Shown one piece after another: positions 1-11,968 of a stretch of 64,000 bases of DNA (its first letter is position 1; each line of letters starts with the position of its first letter). Below the pieces are notes generated by a model, which saw nothing but the letters and a program-made list of their open reading frames with translations, had not been told where the DNA came from and did not search any database. The stretch comes from Eledone cirrhosa (taxonomy: Eukaryota). A program made the translations under genes and the position numbers. Location of the stretch: contig OZ024746.1 of assembly GCA_964016885.1 (NCBI GenBank), forward strand, positions 15,934,001 through 15,998,000, given 5' to 3'.

Positions 1-866
1 TGGAAAAAGTTCAGAGAGCTTATACCACTATTAGCTGCTAAAGGGTTCTCCCTAAAAATGAAAGGCAGGTTGTACGATGCCTGCATACGAACAGCAATGT
101 TGCATGGCAGTGAGACCTGGGCATTGTGTGCAGAGGATATACGCAGACTAGAGAGGAACGAAGCTTGCATGCTCCGCTGGATGTGTAACAGTAATATACG
201 TGAACGGCAAAGCATAAACGAACTAAGGAAAAAATTAGAGATAAGAGGGATCAGATGTTGTTTACTCGAGAGAAGGCTACGTTGGTATGGACACGTGATG
301 CGCATGAAAGTCGATAGCTGTATAACAAAGTGCAGGGCAATAAAGATAGACGGTAGCCACGGAATAGGCAGACCTAGAAAAACCTGGGACGAGCTGATAA
401 ACTCCGACCTCACACACTTACACCTCTCCAAGACAATGTCACTGGACCGAGACCTTTGGCGGTACTCAGTAACAGAGAAGACCCGCCTTGCCAGTAGGCA
501 TCTCTAACAAAATACACCCCGTCCCCACCACCACCACCCCACCCCATCCACACCACCCCGTCCTATGTAAAGTTATGTTGGTGCCGCGCCATCCGGGCCG
601 AAACAAATGAGATCGTGTAGGTGTCACGACAAAAAAACACACAGTCCACGCTGTAATGTGGCCGTGTAGGCAACACGGTAAAAACCTCCCAGACCCACAC
701 TGTAAATGTGGTTGGTGTTAGGAAGGGCATCCAACTGTAGAAAACCTGCCAGACAGTCCTATGCGAGCAAGACAATCACTCTTGCCTCAAGTGGGACTAC
801 CCCCGTCCAAACCCATGCAAGCGTGGAACACGGACGTTAAACGTTGATGATGATGATGATGATGAT
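1..866 (+). mobile_element. RTE-clade LINE (subfamily A), 3' part: ORF2 C-terminus, 3'UTR and (GAT)n tail; runs off the window start
   Basis: ORF 58..507 contains MLHGSETW...RRLERNE...MLRWM...[12 protein letters not shown]...GRPRKTW, the typical RTE/BovB ORF2 C-terminus. Ends ...CCCATGCAAGCGTGGAACACGGACGTTAAACGTT(GAT)n. Near-identical to copies at 2811-3263 and 58312-59077. Confidence 0.92.
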
Positions 867-879
867 ATATAGATGTATG

Positions 880-913
<34 letters not shown>

Positions 914-951
914 GATGTATGTATATATGTATATATATATATAGATGTATG

Positions 952-998
<47 letters not shown>

Positions 999-1209
999 GT
1001 GTATATATATATATGTGTGTATATATATATATGTGTATATATATATGTGTATATATGTATATATATATATATGTATATATATGTGTATATATGTATATAT
1101 ATATATGTATATATGTATATATATATGTGTATATATATATATGTGTATATATATATATGTGTATATATATATGTATATATGTATATATATATATATGTAT
1201 ATATATATG

Positions 1210-1240
<31 letters not shown>

Positions 1241-1256
1241 GTCATATATATATATG

Positions 1257-1287
<31 letters not shown>

Positions 1288-1815
1288 GTATATGTATATA
1301 TGTGTATGTATATATGTGTATATATATATGTATATATGTGTTTATGTGTATGTATATATGTGTATATATATATGTATATATGTGTTTATGTATATATATA
1401 TATATGTGTATATATATGTATATATATGTATATACATATGTGTATATATATGTGTATATATATATGTGTATATATATATGTGTATATATATATGTGTATA
1501 TATATATGTGTATATATATATGTGTATATATGTGTGTATATATATGTGTATATATATATGTGTATATATATATGTGTATATATATATGTATATATATATG
1601 TGTATATATATATGTATATATATATGTGTATATATATATATACATATATATATACATATATATATATATATACACATATATATATATATATACACATATA
1701 TATATATACACATATATATATATACATACATATATATATATACATACATATATATATATATACATACATATATATATATATACATACATATATATATATA
1801 CATACATATATATAT
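867..1815. repeat. Compound (TA)n/(TATG)/(TGTA) microsatellite
   Basis: Read directly; switches from TG-interrupted to CA-interrupted near 1640. Confidence 0.97.
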
Positions 1816-2540
1816 CATCATCACCGTTTTACGTCCGTTCTTCCACGCTAGCATGGGTTAGACGGGTTGTCCTGTTGTGGGGCAGTGTCTGGTCGGCTGA
1901 CCATGCCTTGCTCATACAGGAACTGATCTGGCTTGATTTCTACAGCTGGATGCCCTTCCTAACACCAACCTCATTTACAGTGAGTGCTGGGTGCTTTTTC
2001 GTGGCGCCTACACGTCCACTTTACAGTGTGGGCTGGGTGCTTTTTTGCCGTGGCACCTCCACGACCACCTTGCGGTGGGGGGGGGGGGGGCATATTGTTT
2101 ATATGCTTCAGCATGTACCCATGGGAGGTCGGGTACCCTGTATTACTGCGTGACGCCAGAAGTCACGGTCGTGTGTCATTGACTTTGAGAGGTGTAGTTG
2201 GGTAAGGTCGGCTTTTATCACCTCATCCCAAGTCATCTTGGGTCTCCCCACTCCGCGGTTTCCATCAACTTCTAGTGCTCTGCACCTTTTTATGCAGCTG
2301 TCATCCTTCATACGCATCACATGTCCATACCAGCGTAACCGCCTCTGCACGCAGCATTTGATTCCTCTTATGCTCAGTCTCTCTCTCAATTCATTTATGC
2401 TTTGTCGTTCACGTATATTACTGTTACACATCCATCGGAGCATGCAGGCTTCGTTTCTCTCTAATCTACGTAAGTCTTCCACCTTCAGCGCCCAGGTCTC
2501 ACTACCATGCAACATCGCTGTTCGGATACACGCATCATAC
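1816..2540 (-). mobile_element. RTE-clade LINE (subfamily B), 5'-truncated: ORF2 C-terminus, 3'UTR and (GAT)n tail
   Basis: Minus-strand translation [17 protein letters not shown]...[11 protein letters not shown]...GRPKMTW. The 3'UTR differs from subfamily A and matches copies at 45352-45791 and 18481-18652. Confidence 0.92.
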
Positions 2541-2810
2541 AGTATACATACATATATATATATATACATACATATATATATATACATACATATATATATA
2601 TATACATACATATATATATATATATACATACATATATATATATATACATACATATATATATATACATACATATATATATACATATATACATATATATATA
2701 TACATATATACATATATATATATACACATATATATATTATATATATATACACATATATATATATATATACAATATATATATATATACATATATATATATA
2801 TGTGTATATA
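2541..2810. repeat. (TA)n/(TACA) microsatellite
   Basis: Read directly. Confidence 0.95.
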
Positions 2811-3263
2811 TCATCATCATCAACGTTTAACGTCCGTGTTCCACGCTTGCATGGGTTTGGACGGGGGTAGTCCCACTTGAGGCAAGAGTGATTGTCTTGC
2901 TCGCATAGGACTGTCTGGCAGGTTTTCTACAGTTGGATGCCCTTCCTAACACCAACCACATTTACAGTGTGGGTCTGGGAGGTTTTTACCGTGTTGCCTA
3001 CACGGCCACATTACAGCGTGGACTGTGTGTTTTTTTGTCGTGACACCTACACAATCTCATTTGTTTCGGCTTGGATGGCGCGGCACCAACATAACTTTAC
3101 ATAGAACGGGGTGGTGTGGATGGGGTGGGGGTGGTGGTGGTGGGACGGGGTGTATTTTGTTAGAGATGCCTACTGGCTGGAGTAGGTTTTACTATATATT
3201 TAGGTAAGGCGGGTCTTCTCTGTTACTGAGTACCGCCAAAGGTCTCGGTCCAGTGACATTGTC
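2811..3263 (-). mobile_element. RTE LINE subfamily A, short 3' fragment
   Basis: Reverse complement of ~432-850; encodes ...[20 protein letters not shown]; (GAT)n tail at 2811-2821. Confidence 0.92.
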
Positions 3264-3270
3264 ATATATG

Positions 3271-3336
<66 letters not shown>

Positions 3337-3576
3337 CACATATATATATATACATATATATATATATACACATATATATGTGTATATATATATATATATG
3401 TATGTATGTATGAATTATATGAAATATAAGAATCAAAGAACTGTTCAAAACATTTTTATGCTTACAACTGTTTCCTCCAAACCGAGGTTAGGATTCTTCG
3501 GAGCAATTTATTAATGAATGAACACTTATATGACCTCCTGTATGTATGTATGTATGTATGTATGTATATATGTATG

Positions 3577-3979
3577 ATGACCCCTTAGCCTTTGTCAAGG
3601 CAGAATTCTAGGAGAAGGAAAACTCTGATATAACACCTGCAACCCTGATGGTATCCAATGATGTTGACTTGTTCTTGCCTTTTTGGTAAATATCATCTTG
3701 GTTAAGAGAGTGGGACTGGCTTTGTGCAGCGCCTTTGCTTACTATAAAAGCTTCACGGCACAGGCATTGCTTTATATCTGGAGATCTCTCTGCACTTGCC
3801 GTCACATGGTACCATGGGCCCAGCACTATATGTCAATAATTGTCACAAGTGTAGTGTTTGTACCAGAGTTTTCAAGTCGCTGGCTGGACTAAAAAGTCAC
3901 TCGTTCAGCGCATCGGTAGGGGTTCTCCTACATGGATATAAAGTAGTGGCCGTACTCGAAAACGAGGTGGCAGCCGCCA
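3577..3979 (+). mobile_element. Non-autonomous bipartite RTE derivative (5'UTR-like part fused to ORF2 C-terminal zinc finger and 3' end), (TATG)n tail
   Basis: The 5' part carries CTAGGAGAAGGAAAACTCTGA, a motif I recognise from RTE 5'UTRs. The 3' part encodes [19 protein letters not shown] (C2H2-type finger as at RTE ORF2 ends). A second copy at 37873-38282 has the same ends. Confidence 0.7.
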
Positions 3980-4223
3980 TGTATATATATATGTATGTAT
4001 ATATATATGTATGTATATATATATGTATGTATATATATATATATATGTATGTATATATATATATATGTATGTATGTATGTATATATGTATGTATGTATGT
4101 ATATATATATATATGTATGTATATATATATGTATGTATGTATATATATATATATGTATGTATGTATGTATATATATATATATGTATGTATGTATATATGT
4201 ATGTATGTATGTATATATATATG

Positions 4224-4301
<78 letters not shown>

Positions 4302-4518
4302 TATATATGTATGTATATATATATATTTGTATATATATATATATGTATGTATATATATATATGTATGTATATATATATATGTATGTATATATATATGTAT
4401 GTATATATATATGTATGTGTATATATATATATGTATGTATATATATATGTATGTATATATATATATGTATGTATATATATATGTATGTATAATATATATA
4501 TGTATGTATATATATATG

Positions 4519-4550
<32 letters not shown>

Positions 4551-4602
4551 TGTATGTATGTATATATGTATGTATGTATATATATATGTATGTATGTATA
4601 TG

Positions 4603-4634
<32 letters not shown>

Positions 4635-4865
4635 TATGTATGTATGTATATGTATGTATGTATGTATATATATATATGTATGTATATATATATGTATGTA
4701 TATATATATATGTATGTATGTATATATATATATGTATGTATATATATATGTATGTATATATATATATATGTATGTATATATATATATGTATGTATATATA
4801 TATATGTATGTATATATATATATGTATGTATATATATATATGTATGTATATATATATATGTATGT

Positions 4866-4906
<41 letters not shown>

Positions 4907-4960
4907 TATGTATGTATATATATATATGTATGTATGTTTATATATATATGTATGTATATG

Positions 4961-5021
<61 letters not shown>
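3980..5021. repeat. (TATG)/(TA)n microsatellite, probably an expanded retroelement tail
   Basis: Read directly; starts immediately after the element 3' end GCAGCCGCCA. Confidence 0.95.
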
Positions 5022-5097
5022 AGAAATCCGTTGGTGAAAGATTAAGGAAGTCAGTGCTCAATCTGTTGAAAGAGAGCTTGAAACTTTGTTTATACTA

Positions 5098-5494
5098 CAT
5101 GACTTAGTGGTTAGAGCATTGGGCTTGCAATTGAAAGGTTATGAGTTCAATTCACAGACAGGATGATGTGTTGTTTCCTTGAGCATGACACTTTATATCA
5201 AATTGCTCCAGCTTACTCAGCTGTAGAAAGTGGTCGTGGAGGTGCCACGGCAAAAAAATCACCCAGCCCACACTGTAAAGTGGACGTGTAGGCGCCATGG
5301 AAAAAAGCACCCAGTACTCACTGTAAATGAGGTTGGTGTTAGGAAGGGCATTCAGCGGTGTAAACCAAACCAGAATCAGTTCCCGTATGAGCAAGACAAG
5401 GTAAACCGACCGGACACTGCCCACAACAGGACAACCCGTCTAACCCATGCTAGCGTGGAAGAACGGACATAAAAACGGTGATGATGATGATGAT
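5098..5494 (+). mobile_element. tRNA-derived SINE head fused to an RTE subfamily-B 3'UTR and tail
   Basis: Pol III A box (TGACTTAGTGG), B box (GAGTTCAATTC) and core CCTTGAGCATGACAC, followed by sequence matching the LINE B 3'UTR and (GAT)n. Confidence 0.82.
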
Positions 5495-6190
5495 TATATA
5501 TATATATATATAGTATAAACAAAGTTTCAAGCTCTCTTGAATATATATATATATCAGTATAAATGTATTGGGTTATGTACAAATAATATATTAATAAATT
5601 ATAATTGTCTGAAGTAATAAAACGCTGTTTATCACTTGAATAAAAAGAATATCATAAAACATTGTTTATAATTTGAATCTACCACTTTCATCTTTCATGA
5701 GAGATTTCAAGATAAGCCTTGTGAAAGACCAAGCACTAGATTCAAATTATTAAAAAAAATGTTTTATTATTATAATTTTTGATCCAATTGATAAACAATG
5801 TTTTATTACTTCTGAAAATAATACTATATATATATATGTATATATGTATATTATTTATGTGTGTGTGTGTATAAATATATATATATATAGGCTGTAGTTC
5901 TGTTAATTCATTAGCTAATATAAACTGTTATTTATGTAATGTCTTTTACTTGTTTCACTGCTACACAATTCTCATAAAAGATGGTAAAATGACAGAACCG
6001 TTAAAATATTTGAATCAATATTATGTGGTATTTGTTCTGGTTGTTAGTTCAAATCCTACTGCCTTTAATCCTTTTAGGGGTCCATAACATGCCACCAGTC
6101 TGATGTGATGAATTGGTGTAAATGTTGTCGTGCTGTCTGTCCTGTGTGTTCTCTTTTTAAATTCTCTTACTGAAAATATGGTGACATGAT

Positions 6191-6367
6191 GCATGTATGG
6201 TCTTGTAACTCCTGAAGGGGTCGTAGGGCCACCGTATTGACATATGGTGCTTCTAAAGTATTTTAAAACCTGGCGGAGCATGTATGGTCTTGTAACTCCT
6301 GAAGGGGTCGTAGGGCCACCGTATTGACATATGGTGCTTCTAAAGTATTTTAAAACCTGGCGGAGCA
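6191..6367. repeat. Perfect 87-bp tandem duplication
   Basis: GCATGTATGG...CCTGGCGGA starts at 6191 and 6278, with GCA microhomology at the junctions. Confidence 0.95.
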
Positions 6368-6464
6368 CAACTCCTCTCCAGATCTGAACATAGCATATTT
6401 CTTTTAAATTCTTCTTAGAGAGTGAGAGAATGGAAAAATGCGAAAGAAATATAGAGGAAAAATC

Positions 6465-6605
6465 GATCCCAGTACTTGACCGGTACTTTTTTTATTGACT
6501 TCAGAAGGATGAAAGGCAAAATTGATCTTGGCGGGATTTGAGCCTGAAAGAATACTGCAAAGCATTTTATCTGATGTTCTAACAACTCTGTCAATTTGCC
6601 ACCTT
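6465..6605 (-). mobile_element. Diverged Meta-core SINE
   Basis: GGTACTTT...AGGATGAAAGGCAAAATTGATCTTGGCGGGATTTGAGC matches the SINE at 25799. Confidence 0.7.
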
Positions 6606-7677
6606 CTGGTGGCATAATAATACTGAAGAAATCTTTTATTGGATGTAACCTCATAGGGGGTTGACTAAATCTATGCAGGTGTGAACTATTATAAAAATAA
6701 AAACAAAAAAATCATCTTATAAATATGTTAATTTTTAAAAAATAGATTTATCTAGAACATCTTTTTAATTTTCTTACTATTGTCTGTTAAATAACATTTT
6801 CAGCAATATATGATATCAAAAATTATATTTCGATAAATCTAATATCAAAATAGTATTACTGTTATGTTGTAGTGTTCCAGAAATCTTACAATTTCAATAT
6901 TACAGTAAATATAGTTGCACCATTTTATCATTTAAGACTTGTCTTGTAATATTTGACAGGACCTCTACTTCAAAATAGAAACACTGTCTTCTCTTGTTGT
7001 ATTCTTTACTTTTATAATATTACTTAGACTGACATTTTAGAGTAGGGTGTCAAAAAGGTAAGATTTTCGATTCCACATGTTTCCTGTCACTGTTTGCCAA
7101 ATTTTCAAAATTGCACCATTATTAACTTAATGAATTTTACTGGTGTGTGTGTGTGTGTGCGTGTGTGTATGTGTGTGTGTGTAAGTGTTGTGGTGTGTAT
7201 TTGGTGTGGAGTGGTGTGTCTAGTGTGGTGTGGTGTGTCTGTGGTATGGTGGGATGTCTATGGCATATGTGTGTTGTGTGGTCTGGTGTGTCTGGTGTAG
7301 TCTGAGTGTATGTTAGATAGCATGATGACAGGAGAGAGAGAGAGAGAGAGAGAGCATGATGACAGTAGAGAGAGAGAGAGAGAGCATGATGACAGTAGAG
7401 AGGGAGAGAGAGCATGATGACAGTAGAGAGAGGGGGAGAGAGAAAGTGAGAGATAGCATGATCACTGTTGAGAGATAGATAAAAGAATCACCTGGATTCC
7501 AGAGATAAAAGAACAACCTGCTCTACATTAGATTATCTACAGATAAAGGTTGGGTGGCCAGATGAATAACAGTTTATATTACATTGCTTATTGGTGATGA
7601 ATACCTGTCTGGTTTTGATATGTGTCTCAGTAGAACACTATATCACTATATTACCTCAATCTACCTGGCTGTTACTA

Positions 7678-9533
7678 CTGTGTTTCCCCGATTATAAGCC
7701 ATAGCTTATATTAATCTTTACTCCGAAATGTACCACTACGGCTTATTTTCGGGGGAGGGGGTTCATATACCAAAAAAACGACACTACGAAACTGAAAATT
7801 ACAAATTCGCTAAATGATTGGAAATTACGAAAAAACAATCTGCATTGACGCGCAACATTTACTTGAAAGACCAAATTTATTAAAAATTAACACACCTTTT
7901 AATTAAAAAACTCATGAGCGAAATAATCCACTAATTTATTCAAAAATAATCATGTCATCCTGCTCTGGAATGTCATTGTTTTCCAAATCAGTGGATTCAA
8001 TGATTCCTGTGAAATTTTCTTGTGACTCAATTGCCTGCAGAATTTTCGTCCCTAGTCTTTCATGTTGAGTGATAGAGGTCGAATTGAATGGAGAGTTCTT
8101 ATCCAGATAGCCTGCTCATAGTGCATTCATGACACAACTATCTGTGATTTTCTTCCATGAATTTCCCACCCAAGTCACGATCTCTTGAAGGCTGGGCTTC
8201 ACAAAATTTTCCCGCTCATTTCTCGCCATTGTTTTCGATGTAGTCATTTATTTCCATGCACAGATGGTCCTTGAATGGTTTATTCAGTGCGATGTCAAGG
8301 GTCTGGAGATAGGCGGTCATTCCTGCGGGAATCATGATTTGATCGATTCTTCTGTCTGCAAGAAAGTTCTTCATATCTTTGGCGCGATGCGTGCTGGCTG
8401 AATCCCAGACTGTGTGACCTCTGGGTTCCACGCAAAATCAATGGCAGCATGAAATCGACCCACTTCCTTAAAACTGCCTGTGTGCACCATGCCTTTTCAG
8501 TTTCCAGAACACAGATACCTGAAACGTGTTCAATTTTAACTTTCTTGCCTTTAGTGATAAGAGGTGGGGCTTTGCTTCTGTCGAGACGAATTGCCAAGAT
8601 AAACGTAACTTGCGCACTTTCGTAAATTGACGTTGCACCCCTTTGATCAATTGTAGATTGAGAGCTTTGACCCATGAATACTGCTGTTTCATCCATAACA
8701 ATCATGTTGGAGAGACGGTAGTTAGAAAAGTATATTCCATCAACAAAAGACTTAAATGTGAATGCACGTTTAATAATCTCAGTATCATTCAGTTTGAACA
8801 GTGTTGTCGATCTTCTCAGAAAATTTGTGTCGCTGAAGGAAATTATCCAGCCAGTGTTTGGATGCTTTGAATTCTTCTGGAACTATACCAAACTCTGGTA
8901 CATTTGTAAGGGCAAATGTTTGAATATCAGCCCTGTGAACAACCAAAGCTCTGGCTCTTCTTTCAGCAATCCATTCACAGATGGCGTCTTCCAGCTCAAG
9001 AAATATCGGTTGTCGACCAGATCCACGCTTACGTTTCTTTGCATTCCCCTCGTCCATGTCCTGACTGAGTTTATCGTAGTCCATTCTCCATCTTTGAACC
9101 ATTTGGAGATCCAGATTCTTTTCTTTGCAGAAGATAGTAAGGTTCTTGCCCAGGGATTCCTCCACAATTCCTTTCTTGACCTCGACTGTATAACTCTTCC
9201 TTTCTTTCATCTTGTCTAGGGCTGTACCCGCATTTGCACACACTTCCCCCTTTCCTTTCATTAATTTCATTATCGATTTTTTTTTTTTTTTGTTTTTTCA
9301 CTTCTGCGCATTCCACAAACTTCTTATACACCCGTTTATCAGTTAGTTTTACATTAAGATACAATACTGTTCTATAATGGCTGATTGCACCTATTTTCAT
9401 AGCTGGCCATTTCTTTCTTTTGGCGTTCATTTTTGCTATGGCTTATTTTCGAGGCATGGCTTATATTAAATCCATCCTGAAATATAGTGCTACAGCTTAT
9501 TTTCGGGGGTGGCTTATAATGGGGGAAACACAG
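7678..9533 (-). mobile_element. pogo-superfamily (DD35D, Passer-like) DNA transposon, full-length but decayed
   Basis: 23-bp TIRs CTGTGTTTCCCC(G/C)ATTATAAGCC at 7678-7700 and 9511-9533 (1 mismatch). TA TSD at 7676-77 and 9534-35. Subterminal GCTTATTTTCG repeats near 7741, 9441 and 9495. Confidence 0.93.
7936..9210 (-). pseudogene. pogo transposase pseudogene (CENP-B-type HTH plus DDE_1 domain), frameshifted
   Basis: Pieces in different frames: RKSYTVEVK...LEDAICEWI...FKASKHWLDNFLQRH (HTH), IVMDETAVF (D1), VWDSASTH (D2) and LQTLDIALNKPFK (D3). There are 35 residues between D2 and D3. Confidence 0.9.
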
Positions 9534-9795
9534 TAATAGGTACGAGAATATCTAGGAATTGGTGATCTCTGATAGAATAGTGTCATATCTAGCTGTCACT
9601 AATAGGTACCAGAATATCTGGATTTGTGTCATATCCAGAAGTAAGCACTGTCCCTTAAATTACGCCTCATGCTTTCAGTGCTGTGTTATGTGTGGAGTTT
9701 AAGGGATGATCTTTGTCTTGTAAATATTTAGAAATTATACAATAACCTGCTCCACACTGCAATATATAGTAGGCTCTGTGTCACACCATTGTATT

Positions 9796-9962
9796 CTGTC
9801 ACAACATATTTTGTAACTAAAGGAGGATCTCTGTCACAACATTTTGTAACTAAAGGTCGATCACTCACAACATATTTTGTAACTAAAGGTGGATCTCTGT
9901 CACAACATATTTTGTAACTAAAGGTGGATCTCTGTCACAACATATTTTGTAACTAAAGGAGG
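9796..9962. repeat. ~35-bp minisatellite, ~5 copies
   Basis: Unit CTCTGTCACAACATATTTTGTAACTAAAGGTGGAT. Confidence 0.9.
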
Positions 9963-10395
9963 CTGTGTCGCCTTGCTATGTTTAGAGATAAAATGAAAAT
10001 TGTAACTCAAAAGTAGACTTTAAAATTTTTTAATAATAATAATAGTAATTTCCTTATTAGCCACTCTAGGCACATTAAGGATGGCACAAGATGATGTAGT
10101 GTGGGATACATAAACAATGAAAACTAAAATTTAAACAAAATTGCTAATAGGGGAAAAGTTTTGAGGGTCACTCGTGGAGAAAACCCACAAAAAGCCACAT
10201 TCAGCTTCAACACTAGGGCAAGTGCCCTCTCTCAATTGCCCTTCTGCAATCTACAAGCAGATACTCAGAGCAGGCACATTCACTCAGGCAATGCTCACCA
10301 CTTCCAACCACCTTTTAGCAAACTGATTGGAAGGCAGCATTTCCCTCTCCACCCTGATTTTCCTAATAACACGCAATAAAAAATAACAATAATAA

Positions 10396-10618
10396 TGGTT
10401 TCTGATGTAGACACTAGGCCAACAATTTTGGGGGAGGGGAAAATTAATTAAATTGACATCAGTATATTACTGGTACTTTACTTTATCAACCACATAAAGA
10501 TGAAAGGCAAAGCTAACCTGGGCAGGATTTGAACTCAGAATGTAACGTAAAGGGTCGTAACTCTATGCCGCAAAGCATGTTGGCCGACGCTCTACCGATA
10601 CTGCCAATCCACCGCCTT
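10396..10618 (-). mobile_element. Meta-core tRNA SINE in an (AAT)n tract
   Basis: Matches the 25799-25990 family; flanked by TAACAA(T/C)AATAAT. Confidence 0.85.
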
Positions 10619-10867
10619 AATAACAACAATAATAATAATAATAACATTTGAGTGAATTGAGCACAGTTTCTTACTGTTAAGTATTTTATCAAGTGAATCC
10701 CATTATGAAGAGGTTCAAAGTATTCAGAGAACCAGATTTAATTATCTCGTTATCCTCGTTATGTCTCTTCCCAAAATTTTATTTTACACCATTGCATTTA
10801 TCAGTTTAGAATTTGAACTTTTAATTTCATGCTTTGAAAGTTGCGTATTTTTACTTGTAAATGATAG

Positions 10868-10879
10868 TGTGTGCCCGCG

Positions 10880-10954
<75 letters not shown>

Positions 10955-11178
10955 GTGTACATGGGTGTGTGTGTGTGTGTGTGTAAATGTGTGTGCATGT
11001 GTATGTGTGTACATGTGTGTGCCCTTGTACATGGGTATGTGTAAATGTGTATGTGTGTATGTGTGTACATGTGTGTGTGCCCATGTAATGGGTGTGTGTA
11101 TGTGTGTGCCTGTGTACATGGGTGTGTGTGTGTGTGTGTGTGTATGTGTGTGCATGTGTACATGTGTGTGTGTGTGTT
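10868..11178. repeat. (TG)n compound microsatellite
   Basis: Read directly. Confidence 0.95.
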
Positions 11179-11559
11179 TTGCACTTTTCTGGTAACGTGT
11201 TAAATTTTCTTTATGTCATTTAATTCTCCTCAAACCATTTCTCAATGTCACCATGTCTATTAAGGGAATTGTTCTCTTCTGAAATTGAATATTTCACATT
11301 GAATTGTTGCAGTAAAAGATTTTATCAAACACACCCCAACTAACTTCCACCCCAATATACTAGTATAGGATCTGTGTGGAATATGTGTGTTATATTATAT
11401 TTTTTGTGTGTACTGTGTGTATATATACACACACACACACACACATATGTAGAGTCAGGGAAGTACTCAATGCATGGGGAGATGCAGAGTGGGTATACAG
11501 ATATATAAAATCCTGACAAACAAGCTGAAACTGCTTGGCGTCATGGTTGGGATTTTGCA

Positions 11560-11642
<83 letters not shown>

Positions 11643-11662
11643 GATGTGTGTATATATGTAAA

Positions 11663-11968
11663 TCATCATCATCATTGTTTAATGTCTATTTTTCATGCTA
11701 GCATGTTATGTTATTAGGCTAGACAGGTCAGATGGCCACGTTATGCTCATACATTATGTTTTTGGCTTGACTTTCTAAGGCTGGATGTCCTTAATACCAA
11801 CCACTTAATAGTGTGTGCAGGGAGCTGACACCAGCGCTATCACCTTCCAGCGTAGACTGGGTGTATTTTATTTTGATACCAGCGCTACTACCCTGCAGAG
11901 TGGACTGGGTGTATTTTATAATGACTTCAGCACTACCACTTTACAGGGTGGACTAAGAGTATTTTCTG
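11663..11968 (-). mobile_element. Old RTE-type 3' end with ~4 copies of the ~48-bp 3'UTR subunit
   Basis: (CAT)n tail, CATGCTAGCATG, CTGGATGTCCTT..ACCAACC, then repeated ...CAGNGTGGACTGGGTGTATTTT units. Confidence 0.7.

Noticed and set aside
3796-3900. Host C2H2 zinc-finger gene exon
   Set aside because: A single finger inside a dispersed repeat with a retroelement tail; the second copy is frameshifted.
787-5061. Long Y/I/M/C/V/H/T-rich ORFs (also 35000-38950 and elsewhere)
   Set aside because: They are translations of (TA)/(TG)/(CA) microsatellites that lack stop codons, open in multiple frames on both strands.
6105-6175. C/D box snoRNA (GTGATGA...CTGA)
   Set aside because: No terminal stem or recognisable rRNA guide; such motifs are expected by chance.
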